A stretch of 64,000 nucleotides of DNA from Eukaryota sp. TZLM1-RC (lineage: Eukaryota > Protista > Metamonada: BaSk clade): the NCBI GenBank assembly GCA_040285825.1, contig JAUPSS010000002.1:1364001-1428000 (forward strand). The letters are read 5' to 3'. Below are positions 1 to 11,300 of the stretch, piece by piece. Both the position numbers and the translations under genes were made by a program. Position 1 is the first letter of the stretch. Each line of letters opens with the position of its first letter. Under the pieces are notes generated by a model that made no database searches, was not told where the DNA came from, and saw only the letters and a list, made by a program, of their open reading frames with translations.

Positions 1-236
1 AGTAATAGAATTAGGAAGAGGAGCTAATTCTTAGTTTATATCGAATATTTATATTATATCGATTATATGTATTTATTTATAGTTATTTCGTTATTTGTAT
101 ATAGTTTTTGTTTCATATTCATATAAGCTGATTTATTTTGAAAAAGGGAAGAAGCAGTGTTGGCGCCATAAGGCTTATATAATATGAATGGAAAATAAAT
201 CAGACTTTTCTTTACTACAATAGACTTTAGGCAACA
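1..236 (+). mobile_element. 3' part of a small LTR element: AT-rich internal tail, polypurine tract (GAAAAAGGGAAGAAGCAG, 140-157) and a 79-bp 3' LTR (158-236, TGTTGG...GGCAACA)
   Basis: The PPT and LTR termini match the reverse complement of the LTR family at 45504-47121 (PPT GAAAAAGGGAAGAAGTAG; LTR TGTTGGCACC...AAAATAAATCA...AGGCAACA). Confidence 0.7.
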
Positions 237-394
237 CAAGCACCAAAGAAGTCATACACTTCTATTGTCAGGTTTCAGAGACACCAAATACAAACTTAAA
301 TCGGGCTCCAATCAAAGACAAGAACCAAATTGTTACATTCAAAATATAAGGATAAAGAATAATTATTAAAAAAGTTAAGCAAGGTGTTCCCAAT

Positions 395-2345
395 CCTGTA
401 CATCAATTCTGTACATCGAAGTGCAATTTATAATGTTATTCAAAAAGAATTTCCAGAATTACCCAGCTATTCTTATTTATTTTATGGCAGAGCCAGTGAA
501 CTAATTTGTGAATCTTATACACTATTCTCGTCTTCTGGAGTTAAGCAAGGTGATCCCATTGGGCCATTACTCTTTTGTTTAGCAATTCACAATTCTTTGA
601 TTCATTTCAGTAATCGTTATACGATGTTGAAAATAGTAGAATACATGAATGATATTTCAATTATTGGCCATTGAATGTTTTTAATGAAATTGCTGCCGAA
701 GCCTCACTGTTTTACAGAGATATTGGTCTTTTGCTTAATGCCGACAAATGTCTCCTCATAGGAAAGGTAAAAGATAGATTAACCATTGATGGTGTTGAAA
801 TTCCTTTTCTTAACTATTCCTCAGATGCTTTTCGTTTCCTAGGATGCTGGCTTGGAAATGTTCCAAAAATTACTGAAGAATTGAATAATCTTTTAATAAA
901 ATTGGATTCTGAACTTGATACAATTACGTCATTTGAAATTGAGAAACATATTAAGTTTTTTATTTTAAAAATTTGCTACTCCGGTAAAATTACTCACATT
1001 TCAAAAACAACATCTCCTGATGTTTCACGTGAGTTTTGCCGCTCATTTAACTATTTGAGAACAAAATTTTTTGCATCTTTTATCGATGTCAATCCTGAAC
1101 TAATTCGAAGTCATGTATTTTCATCATCTAATTTGGTGGAATTAATTTCACCAAATCGTCTATTCTCTGTCAAGCTGTTTTTCTTGGTGGAGGAAAAAAT
1201 TTTGTATTTGAATTTTGCAACCGTTTTCCCAATAATGTTAATTTATTGAATTTTACAAGAAATAATTTTCTTAGAGACCTACAAAATGCTCTTGATTGTT
1301 TGCCCTCTAAAATTTGGAGTAAATGTTTTCCCGACAGCGAACAGAAAATACCATCTAGAACACTAGTTAATTTGAGGTATTGTGTTAAAAAATTGCTACA
1401 AAATTTAACAACAATTTGTGAAGGATTGAATTTTAAGGTTCGTCTTGACTCGGCCAAAAAAGATAATTCCGCTTTCGCAAATTTTTTGTTAGATGCCCAG
1501 AACAGTTCCTCTTCGTGTTTAATTACTCAGATTCCTTAAATGTATTGTCTTCTTTTAAATGATACCGAATTTTCTTGTACAATGCGCCTTCGATGTTTTA
1601 TTTGGCCTGATAACGTGTTTCATGATTTGATTTGTAAATGTGGATCAAAAATTTCTCCAAATCATTTATTCAATTGTAAACATTTTATTACTTTCCGATC
1701 AAAAGTTCATGATGCGGTAAGAGATCAACTCTATTGTATGTCAAAATCACATAGAATTGTTTCCTATTTAGAACCATTACTTTCCCGTTTGGTTGATGAA
1801 GATTCTTTGAATTCGTTTGGTCGAAATAGAGGTGATTTAATGCTTGAAGGTCTTGAAGGTATTACCATTATTACAGATGTGGGATCCACTGATGTCTGTA
1901 ATGATTATTTTATTCCAATGGCTCAATCAAAAAATAGGAACCCCTTAACTGTTTCCGAAAAAGCCAAAATTGACAAATACAAAGCAAAATTGTTATCCTT
2001 GAATGCAGAATCGCATACTCATTATGTCCTCTGTCCATTTGCAGTTTCCCTTCATGGCACGCTTTGACCTCTTGCTTTGTCTTTTCTGGATGATTTTCTA
2101 GAAATTGTGAAACAACGTACTGGAAGAGTTTTTGACAAGAGTTTTTGGCAAAACAGAATTGTATTTTTAATTTTCAAAGGTGTTGTTCCCTTATTATCTT
2201 CAGCTTTGTTATCTCTTGGACGCGTTTATGAAAGAAAAACCTCCAGTCAATTCTTCTTGGCTGATTTGGGTTATGAAGACATAGAATTTTAACCTTGTCG
2301 TATAGTTTGTTTTTGTTGGAATAAATAAAAATAATTTAAAGAAAA
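395..2345 (+). mobile_element. CRE-like RLE non-LTR retrotransposon, family A, 5'-truncated and frameshifted (RT C-terminal half, zinc knuckle, restriction-like endonuclease)
   Basis: ORF fragments contain GVKQGDPIGPLLFCLAIH and YMND (degenerate YxDD), CKC..H..C..H / HDAVRD and RGD..D..K motifs, followed by an A-rich tail. Near-identical to 40651-43225. Confidence 0.9.
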
Positions 2346-2414
2346 AGTAACAAATTGATTGAAAATTGAAAATATCAATTCATTTTAACACCAACAACTT
2401 TCTTCCATTGCTCG

Positions 2415-2936
2415 ATGTCTTCAAAAAAGTACACTCTCAGCAACCAGAAATCACTCAAACTTGGTGTGGACCAAAGCATCATAAATCATGTAAGAGGAAA
2501 AGATCAATACACTGTTGTCAATCGATATACAGATGCTGCCATAGCTCTATCTTTTATAGCAGTTGTAGCTGGTGCTTTTTCCCGCTGGTACCCGATTCCA
2601 CCTGAACACGATAGAATGTGGAAACTAGGATGCTTGGTGGTATATGTTCTATCTGTTTCTTTGTTGAAAGTTGTCTCGTTATTCCGAGGTAGGAACTGTA
2701 TTGTAGTAGCAGACTCATTATCAAAGGGTGGCCGTATTCGATTCTTTATTGATACCTGTATGAAGAAAGCTGATGATCAGTATCATATTGTTGTTCGATC
2801 CAAGCATGGGAGCAAAAAAACGACAAGCATATCAATTGGTCAATTTTTTTATGAAGATGGGCAATTGGAAACTAAAAAAGTTGATGAAACTCTGTCTCAA
2901 CTGATTAAGGAAGTTCTTCGTAAAAAACAACAATAA
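2415..2936 (+). CDS. SPCS2: Signal peptidase complex subunit 2 (SPC25 family)
   Basis: 173 aa with two TM helices and C-terminal KK.DDQY...SIGQFFYEDG, typical of SPC25. Confidence 0.8.
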   Translation: MSSKKYTLSNQKSLKLGVDQSIINHVRGKDQYTVVNRYTDAAIALSFIAVVAGAFSRWYPIPPEHDRMWKLGCLVVYVLSVSLLKVVSLFRGRNCIVVADSLSKGGRIRFFIDTCMKKADDQYHIVVRSKHGSKKTTSISIGQFFYEDGQLETKKVDETLSQLIKEVLRKKQQ

Positions 2937-3017
2937 TTGTTAACTATGAATTAGAAATAAAAATTCCTCTAAATTTACATTTATGCAAAAAAACATTTGT
3001 TAGAAAAAGGAAATCTC

Positions 3018-4154
3018 TTAATCATCATCATCATCTCTGTAGCTAATCAAGAAGACCACTTCATACACTAACACTATTATAAAAGTGTAATTAGTCTCAT
3101 AACACACAAAACCAAACTTTCCAAACAAAGACAACAAACCAGAAGGACCTAAAACAAGGCTGAAAACGGCAAAGATAAGTGAGCTGAAAAGGCCAAACAC
3201 CAACCATCGAACCTCCATTGTAGACATTGAGAAGATTTCCCAATCATCAAATAACTTAAATATTTTACTGGTGATTAATAAAAGAAAAAACAGTGGAGTA
3301 ACAACATCCCCAGCCACGACCATACAAACTATTATGAAGGGAATAGCAATGGTACAGTAGAGTCGAACCTTGTCAGTCTCACAACAGAGGGAGATAATAA
3401 TCATTACTGAAACTGCAAACCTAATAATGTCAGATAGGACACAAGGGAAAGGACTGTCAATCCATAGAGAAGAGTTTACAGAAAAAGTAACATTAACAAA
3501 ATCAGTTCCCAAATCCGTGGGGGCTTTAAGGGAAACCCAGGTAGAATCCGAAAGTTCCATCAGAGAAGACTGGGAAAATTCATAATTGCAGGAATCTTCG
3601 ACTAATTTACACTGGTACCCTGCATTGAAAAAACGAAGGGGACACCTTTTACCTATCAACACTTCAGATACTGGGTTTGCAAGTAGTTGTAGACGTTCCA
3701 GATCAGAGGTAGAGAGCAGAAAGTGGACACGTTCGTATTGGGGGACAAGAATGAAGAAATCACCCCCTTTTGCTGTGTCAATCTCTGCATTAAAGGAGTG
3801 CATGGTTAGTTTACATGATGTACCAGTTGTGGCAGACAATTCTAAAAATAAATCTCCAAGTATGGAGAAGCCTGCCTGATAATAACAAGCATCGAAAGCA
3901 ACGTACAGAGAAGAATCAGTTACCTCATCATTGTATCGAGTTGATGTAGGAAAATCTGAAAACCGAGTGCGTAAGGTGACCGGTGATAAGCAGTTGGCGA
4001 CTAGAAAGGAATTTGATGGTACAGAAGGAGAAATAACTCGCAATTGCGAAGGTGACTGCGAGTTTACATCAACTGAAATCTCTTCATTAAGAGGAAGAAT
4101 GGTGTGACACGAATATAGAGCAATCAATAGACAAAAAAGAAGAGTTTGACACAT
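3018..4154 (-). CDS. Hypothetical membrane protein (signal peptide, Cys-containing ectodomain, several C-terminal TM helices)
   Basis: 378-aa ORF with a hydrophobic N-terminus and hydrophobic C-terminal third. No family recognised. Confidence 0.75.
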   Translation of the reverse strand: MCQTLLFCLLIALYSCHTILPLNEEISVDVNSQSPSQLRVISPSVPSNSFLVANCLSPVTLRTRFSDFPTSTRYNDEVTDSSLYVAFDACYYQAGFSILGDLFLELSATTGTSCKLTMHSFNAEIDTAKGGDFFILVPQYERVHFLLSTSDLERLQLLANPVSEVLIGKRCPLRFFNAGYQCKLVEDSCNYEFSQSSLMELSDSTWVSLKAPTDLGTDFVNVTFSVNSSLWIDSPFPCVLSDIIRFAVSVMIIISLCCETDKVRLYCTIAIPFIIVCMVVAGDVVTPLFFLLLITSKIFKLFDDWEIFSMSTMEVRWLVFGLFSSLIFAVFSLVLGPSGLLSLFGKFGFVCYETNYTFIIVLVYEVVFLISYRDDDDD

Positions 4155-4254
4155 AAAGTGAGGAGACTCAAAAGTAATGTGAATGCTGAAAAGTTATTAT
4201 CGGTGGGAAGTTCCCATAAGTACATGATTTATTTTCGTGTGGAATAATTTTTTG

Positions 4255-4905
4255 CAAAAATATATGTAGCTCGGCTGTTTTAAATCAAGATTCATTACAT
4301 GATGCTGTGAGAAACACTGTTTATATTATGGCACGAACTGCAAGAATTTCGTGTATCAAAGAGCCCCTGCTGAAGGAAATGCTTTCTCTGAATAGTTTTG
4401 GTTCTGATGATAGAGGTGATGTATACTGTGATTGGATTGAGAAATCTGAAGCTGCTGTTGACTTGGTCTCCTGTAATGTTGCAAATGATACTTTGGTTCA
4501 CAAAGGAAAACTTAATCCTGTAAGTGCTCTTCAATTTAAAGCAAAGGAAAAACATAGGGTGACAAAGATATCAAAGAAGCTAATGCTGATAGAAATAGAC
4601 CTTTTGTTTTTATTGCTTTCCCATTTTCGATAAACGGAAGACTATCAGTAGAAGCAGGAATTGTTTTAGATGATTTCCAATAATGGTTCAAGAAAAAACA
4701 ATGAACAGATTTGATATCCTTTTATGGCGATCTCGTATCCAGTTTGCAATTATTAATAGATTGCCTCGGTTTTTCAATCGAATTAGAGAAACTTTAGCTA
4801 GACAGCATAGCAGATCAAGATTTTGTAGAAGAAATCTTGATTCAATGAATTTCGTCCCGTTAGTTTTGAATTAATTATGTGCAGTTCGAAAGTTCAATAA
4901 ATTAA
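4255..4905 (+). mobile_element. CRE-like retrotransposon family B 3' fragment with an internal deletion
   Basis: ARISCIKEPLLKE...DDRGDVYCDW...LWRSRIQFAIINRLPRFF, matching the copies at 13960-14717 and 56706-59845. Confidence 0.9.
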
Positions 4906-5467
4906 ATTTTATCAATTGCTGATTATTAATTCATTTAATTAATCACTGCTGTGAATTTCTTTGGAAATGCATTATAGCTGTAGCATGCCTCTATTTCCTT
5001 ATAGGGTTTTCTTCTCAGGATCACAGTGCAGAAGATGCTTCGAAAAAGTGAAGTACAATGGGAGTCTATTACTAGAAACTGAGAATGTTTTAAATTTAAA
5101 ATCTGATAATTGAAGCGTTCCATTTACAAATTTGCATTCTCTTGGACTTCTCCTTCACCAAGTTTTGAGTGATTTCCACGAATGCAAAATAATGAAATAT
5201 AATTAGACATGGTAAATACTCAAGTTATACTAAATCAAAGTAATTACCAAGTCAACTAAAGTAGATTAACATACAACTTAATTAACAACTTAACCTATAA
5301 ATAGTGTTATGATCAAAAAACATAATTATAATCATAAATAAGTAGAAATTTCCATCAGTGACCAAGTATAAATTGCAGACAACCTCACTAGAAACAATTT
5401 TATTACAAATACCAATTCCCAGAAAAATTGATAAAATAGTAAATAATATTAATAAAATAGTAGTAAA

Positions 5468-6283
5468 TTAATGGAACGAAGAACAAGCTATAGCAAAGGC
5501 CATTAAAGGAGACAGTGGACTTCTGAAATCTAATATAAACGAATCTTCACCAGTCTTGCCAAACTGCAGTACAATCTCCTCATTACTCCCACAGGTAAGT
5601 TGAAAATTCTTTTGTGATGCCATACAAACCCTGCCTCCAAAGTTCAGAACGTATGCCTCAGACGATTCATCATAGACTGGTTCTTTTTGAGACAAAACTA
5701 AATCTTGCCCAGACTCTTGATCATGAATACAAGCTGCTACGAAACGTGGTCGTTTTGTGGTCTTTAGACTTCCAGAGAAAGAAATAGAAATAATTGGCCT
5801 TCTTATTGACTGATCACAATGGTCAAAGAGTCTAGACTCCCGGCTATTCGTTTTAAAACATAACTGTGAGTCCAGAATCCCTGCAACTGAGGGTGAACAG
5901 CGAGTAAGTTCATTGGGATCTGTAGAGAATAGCAATGATAATGAGGCTGTCTTCTTTCTCTTTCTAGCAACACAGAGCAGTTGCTTATCAGATTCACGGT
6001 ACAAGAAGTACTTTGGGTAAAGGTTGAGCAAACCTGGCCGTTCTCTTATTACTGTACATCGAAGAATCTTATGTGATGTTGGTGTATGAACATATGTGAT
6101 TGGATCGAGAGCAGTGGTCAGGCCAAGCAAATCTACTGATGTTGATGAAGTTGAGCTGTGATGTTTTGAAGACCTATGGACAGGAGTATCTGGATCTTTC
6201 ACAGGAGTAGACCCTGAAGCCTTTTTAGAAGGCGATACAAGGGTGGGATGTTTGTATGTTAAGGAAGGTGAAGTGTTCCACAT
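5468..6283 (-). CDS. Tubby-like protein
   Basis: C-terminal Tubby domain (RKRKK, YVLNFGGRV.MASQKNFQL, LQFGK, LDFRSPLSPLMAFAIA). The likely start is MWNTS at 6283; the longer ORF start at 6439 lies inside the Fanzor end repeat. Confidence 0.9.
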   Translation of the reverse strand: MWNTSPSLTYKHPTLVSPSKKASGSTPVKDPDTPVHRSSKHHSSTSSTSVDLLGLTTALDPITYVHTPTSHKILRCTVIRERPGLLNLYPKYFLYRESDKQLLCVARKRKKTASLSLLFSTDPNELTRCSPSVAGILDSQLCFKTNSRESRLFDHCDQSIRRPIISISFSGSLKTTKRPRFVAACIHDQESGQDLVLSQKEPVYDESSEAYVLNFGGRVCMASQKNFQLTCGSNEEIVLQFGKTGEDSFILDFRSPLSPLMAFAIACSSFH

Positions 6284-6377
6284 ATGATATTGATGAGTTG
6301 AAGTAAGTGATGAAGTGATGAATGGTCTGTCCAAAGCTGTGCTTAAGCAGTCAGTAGTGAGGATGAGCAAGGATATA

Positions 6378-6686
6378 CTGTGAATTTCACTTATCATGCA
6401 TTCCCCTGTCAAATTCACTCCTGTTTTCAACTTTCTCAATGTCTACTCACAGGCTGTAAGAGACATGTGGCGTCATTTGACAAAGACAATCATGATCTTC
6501 ATCAATGGGCTGCCTCACTCAAATACACCTACTGCTTTCACAGAACAAAGCCTCGCGACTTGATCTATTTAAGTGGATCTACCAAATGCTACTAAGGCAT
6601 TTGTAGATCGGTCTCAAAAGTTTTTCCAAAAATTAAAAACAAAATCAAATATCAGTGTTTCAAAAGTGTTTGTTTCTGTATGCTCA
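6378..6686 (-). ncRNA. Fanzor family F1 3' end / candidate omegaRNA scaffold (copy without adjacent ORF)
   Basis: Reverse complement of 8020-8302 and direct repeat of 49895-50200, both of which directly follow a Fanzor C-terminus. Contains several hairpins. Confidence 0.7.
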
Positions 6687-6689
6687 TTT

Positions 6690-8009
6690 CTGTTCTCGAA
6701 CACCACATCAATTTCAATCTGAATAATTCAAGAGACAGATTCTTTTTATTGAATTCATGTGAGTTTATCTTGAATCTCCTTCAAAGATTTCCTGCCACTG
6801 CTTAACTACTCTTTTCACATGATAAATTTACCTTTTCATCAAAGAAAACTGGTAAGCTTTTTCTCTTTAATCTTGAAATTTCACAATACTTACTCACTTT
6901 TATTTCTCATATGCATTGCTGGAAGAAGTTTAGAATAATACCTTTAGCTTCTCATAAAGGTTTTCACTTTCATGAGATACCTTCACATGTTTTCCACTCT
7001 GTGAAAAAAATTCCACTTATTGAAGGATCATCTTCCAAAACAAAGTTCATCAAAAATACATGTCTAAAACGAATATTCAAACAATGTTCTTACCAAAAAT
7101 TTAATATCAACAGAAAAAGTTTGAAAAATAGATTTAAAATTTTTTTATTGAAAACTAATGGTAATGAACTGCTTTTGACCTTTGAAGGTAAAAATAATGA
7201 CTCAGAAAACACAGATGAGCTGGATGAATCACCGAAAAAGAAACGAAGATTAAAAAAGGAAATGAAAAGTGACCCTGATGCCAACAAAACCAGAGAAACA
7301 CAGTTGAAGGGTACTAAACAATACCCCATCGAAGACGTAGACAACCAGTCGAAATCTTGCCTGAAATGCTCCTTATTGGCGTTGATCTGGGACAATCAAG
7401 ATTATGTGGTTACTTCTTAAATGATAATCAATGTGAAGTTATCACTTGTCCAACTGGCAGAAGATACATGACAAGACCTTCACCCAGTAAACACTCTCCC
7501 AACCAATATTCCGTTCAAAATTTCAACCAATATTTGAACCATTGTAATTTGGTCACGAGGAAAATGGACTGTGAAAGTAATCGCCAGAAATGGAAAATAA
7601 TTAAATTTGATAACCGTAGACGAAAAAAGAGACGCTTCCGTGAGAGTCTCAATAAATTTCAAAGACTGGCTAGACATCCTGAAAAACTCTACCTTGCTGT
7701 GGGCACTGCTAATTTCCCTTCTTATTGCCGAAAAGTCAATCGATATGGATCAGAAAGGGCTTTCAGAAAATGGTTGTGTTATCAAAAGGACGTGAAGCAC
7801 TTGTCAACCAGTGAATTAATACAAGCAAACTGTCCAGTTGTTGCATGGCCGAGAGTGCTCAATCAGGCTCATGGCAGATGCGTATTTGTACTGAGTGTCA
7901 AATAGTATATGACAGAGATATTTCCGCTGCAAAAAATATTCAAATTAAGAAGAAAGCGGAAATGTGGCCGGAAAGATACATTTGCCCAGAAGCTCTGTTG
8001 AGGAAATGA
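6690..8009 (+). pseudogene. Fanzor (TnpB-like RuvC nuclease), family F1, frameshifted and 5'-truncated
   Basis: Across frames: RuvC-I LIGVDLG, LAVG in place of the canonical E, rearranged RuvC-II SE(F)NTSKLSSCC, zinc finger CTEC and RuvC-III YDRDISAAKNI, plus an NLS-like PKKKRRLKK. Confidence 0.85.
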
Positions 8010-8302
8010 AAGGGGATCCTGAGCATACAGAAACAAAAACTTTAGAATAACTTATATTTTATTTTGTTTTTAATTTTTTGAAAAACCTTTTGAGACCGAT
8101 TTACAAATGCCCTGGTAGCATTTGGTAGATCCACTTAGATACATCAAGTCGCGAGCCTTTGTTCTGTGAAAGCATTAGGTGTATTTAAGTCAGGTAGCCC
8201 ATTGACGAAGATCATGATTGTTTTTGTCAAATGACGCTACATGTCTCTTACAGCCTGTGAGTAGACATTGAGAAAGTTGAAAACAGGAGTGAATCTCACC
8301 GG
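8010..8302 (+). ncRNA. Candidate omegaRNA / right end of the Fanzor F1 element
   Basis: Conserved noncoding segment immediately after the Fanzor stop codon. Homology to the other two copies ends just before TATA (8303-8306). Confidence 0.7.
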
Positions 8303-8393
8303 TATAATTGCAATTTAAAATGGGTGAATGTAAATTACCAATCCAATTGTTCCAACCCTAGTTTTTCTTTCTATACCTCAATAGTCATCTATC

Positions 8394-11300
8394 ATGGTAC
8401 TTCTATCACCTGAACCAAGAACTATTAAGTCTATTGCATCTTTACAACGGCGCTCCTTTTTTCAGCGGTTGGATGTACTTCCATTTCTTCTATTGTACAC
8501 AGTAATACTACCTTTTCTCCTCATCAATTCTACACGAATTCTAATATACATATCTTATCCAGTCCTTGTTTTTTTGCACATACTTCTCTTTCTCTTTCAA
8601 CAATGGTCTCTACGCTGTAAATGCTTCGTTTCCTACAAGCCATCCCCTGTAACCTCCTCTGACTCAATATGTGTCATAACCCTTCCGCATTGTGGTTCTT
8701 CCTCCATATCCCCCCTCATTATCAACAGCCACGGTACTTTCTTTGAACATCATCGTTCTATGTACTTCTACAACACTGATAAGAAGCAGTTTTACCCTCT
8801 CAAATACCCTGACGATCTTCCTCTCACTGCTTACGTGGCACACAAAGGTATCACGTCATCCGAAATTTCATCCCCTTTCCCTTCCAATACCTACTCCTTT
8901 CCCATTCCTTCCTTCCTTTCTTTGTTCAAAGAACATGCTTTGGCTCCTTTCTTTGTCTTCCAAGTCTTTTGCGTTCTATTATGGTGCTTGGATGATTACT
9001 GGTATTATTCTGTTTTTACCCTTGTTATGCTTGTTTTGTTCGAAGCTTCGATGGTCTTTAACCGACAGAAATCCCTCAAAGAACTAACCAACCTTTCTTC
9101 CAATCCTTTTGAAGTATTTGTTTATAGAGCTGAAAGGTGGACCAAGGTCTTAACTTCGGAGTTGTTGCCGTTGGACTTGGTTTCCCTTAGCATGGCGAAA
9201 AGGTCAACTATACCGTGTGATTGTGTGGTAGTTGCTGGAACGTGTATAGTAGACGAGTCGTTGTTAACTGGTGAATCAGTCCCGCAGTACAAGGAGTCTT
9301 TAGAAGTCAATGGAAGTAGTGAGACTTTTCTTGAAGAAGAGAAGGAACACAAGGTTTCTTGTCTTTATTCAGGATCTGAAATGATTTCAATCAAATCTGA
9401 TTGCTTTAACGGCTTAAAGTCCCCAGATAACGGAGCCATTTGTGTAGTGACAAGAACTGGGTTTGCCACCAAACAAGGAAGTCTCTTGAAGTCAATGCTA
9501 TACCAAACAGAAAAGGTTTCGATTAATAACAAAGAAGCCGGCATCTTTTTGACCATCATTCTTGCATTTGCTACATTAGCAAGTGGCTATCTGTTTAAAG
9601 TAGGTTACGAGCAGCTCAAAGGCTCAGAACTAGAAGAATCTCAAAGAAATTCAAAACTTTTCAAACTAATATTGAACTGTCTGTTAACGCTCACCTCAGT
9701 CGTCCCCCCTGAATTACCAATGGAGCTCTCTTTAGCAGTTTCTTCTTCACTCAACTCCTTGGCCAAACTGGGAATTTTCTGTACCGAACCTTTTAGAATT
9801 CCCGTTGCAGGCAAAGTCAATGTCTGCTTATTTGACAAGACTGGTACCATTACGGAAGACTCTCATGTAGTTGTAGGAGTTTGTTCATGTGACCAGAATG
9901 CAGTCCAACCAGAGCTAAGAAGTGTTAGTGATCTTGATTTGCTTAGTAGAGTTACACTGGCAGGAGCAAATTCTTTATCTGTGGTGAATTCTGTTTTGGT
10001 GGGCGATTCAATGGAAAAAAGTGCAATGAAATCTGCTGGGTTTAAGCTTAAATCTGATAATTCATTGGTTGCTGTTAAAAGAGGAACGCAAAATGTGCAA
10101 TTAAAAATCTTGAAAAGATTTCCTTTTCGTTCTGTTTTAAAGAGAATGTCGACTATTTGTCGTTATGGACTGACCAATAAGGGCAGTTCACAACTCCTTT
10201 ACCTTACAAAAGGGGCTCCTGAAGCAATGAGGTCAATGTTCAAGGAAGTTCCTGTGAATTATGACCGGTTCAGTAAGTTTTATGAGCTGACAGGTCATCG
10301 AGTTCTTGCACTTGGTTACAAGCTCACTGATTTAAAGGTTGAAAATTTGAACTCTGTGACACGCACTGACACGGAAAATGATCTCATTTTCGCAGGTCTT
10401 TTGGTATTCAAATGCCCAGTTCGTCAAGGGTCTAATGAAATTATTCAAGAATTAGTAGGATCTAGACATCGTTCTGTGATTCTAACCGGTGATTCGGTGC
10501 TGACAGGTGTACACGTGGCACAATCAGTCAAAATGATTGGTCAACCAAAATCTTTGAGATCATGTCTTGTTTCCAAAAAGTCAAGGAAGCTGATCAATTT
10601 TTGTAAGTGTGGCAAAAACCTTGAGTTTTCTCAACCATTGGTGTTGATTGGGTCAGAAAGTAAGTATTTTTGGACCACTGTTGACCATCGGTTCGGTGAG
10701 GTAAGAATTGATCTCGAAGACCCTTGCCTTTCTTGCTTTGAACTTGCAATTGATGGCAATGGTCTTGAATTTTTGAAGAGTGAACATCCTCTTCTCCTGG
10801 ACAAAATATTTGAATTTATTACTGTTATAGGTAGAGCAGACCCTACCCAAAAATCTTTTGTTTCCTCTTTTCTTATTGACAAGGGTCTTATTGTATCCAT
10901 GATTGGGGATGGGTCGAACGACTGTGGAGCCCTTCGTAAGTCTAATATTGGGATTGGGTTAGTTGAAGGGAATGAAAGAATCCAGAAGCTGAGGAGGACC
11001 TATTTGAGAAATAGAAATGAAAATAGAGGTAAAGATAACAGGCCAAAAAGAGTTGATAAAAAGGTAAAGAAGGTTTCAAGCACGTTCTCAATCAAAAATG
11101 ATTGGAATGATGACGAGATTAGTCACGTGAAGCCAGGAGATGCTTCATTGGCAGCTTCCTTTTCCTCTTGTCTTCGCGGAATTGAGGGAATGAGACACGT
11201 GTTAACTTTTGGTAGAAGTTCCTTGACTGCAACACTTCAAGTCTACAAGATTTTAGCTGTAAATTCCTTAATATCAGGATATTTATTATCATTTTTGTTT

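Noticed and set aside
6284-6439. N-terminal 52 aa of the 323-aa Tubby ORF, and the twin 71-aa ORFs at 6380 and 49897
   Set aside because: They start at non-ATG codons within the Fanzor end repeat; they are incidental readings of the RNA/end sequence.
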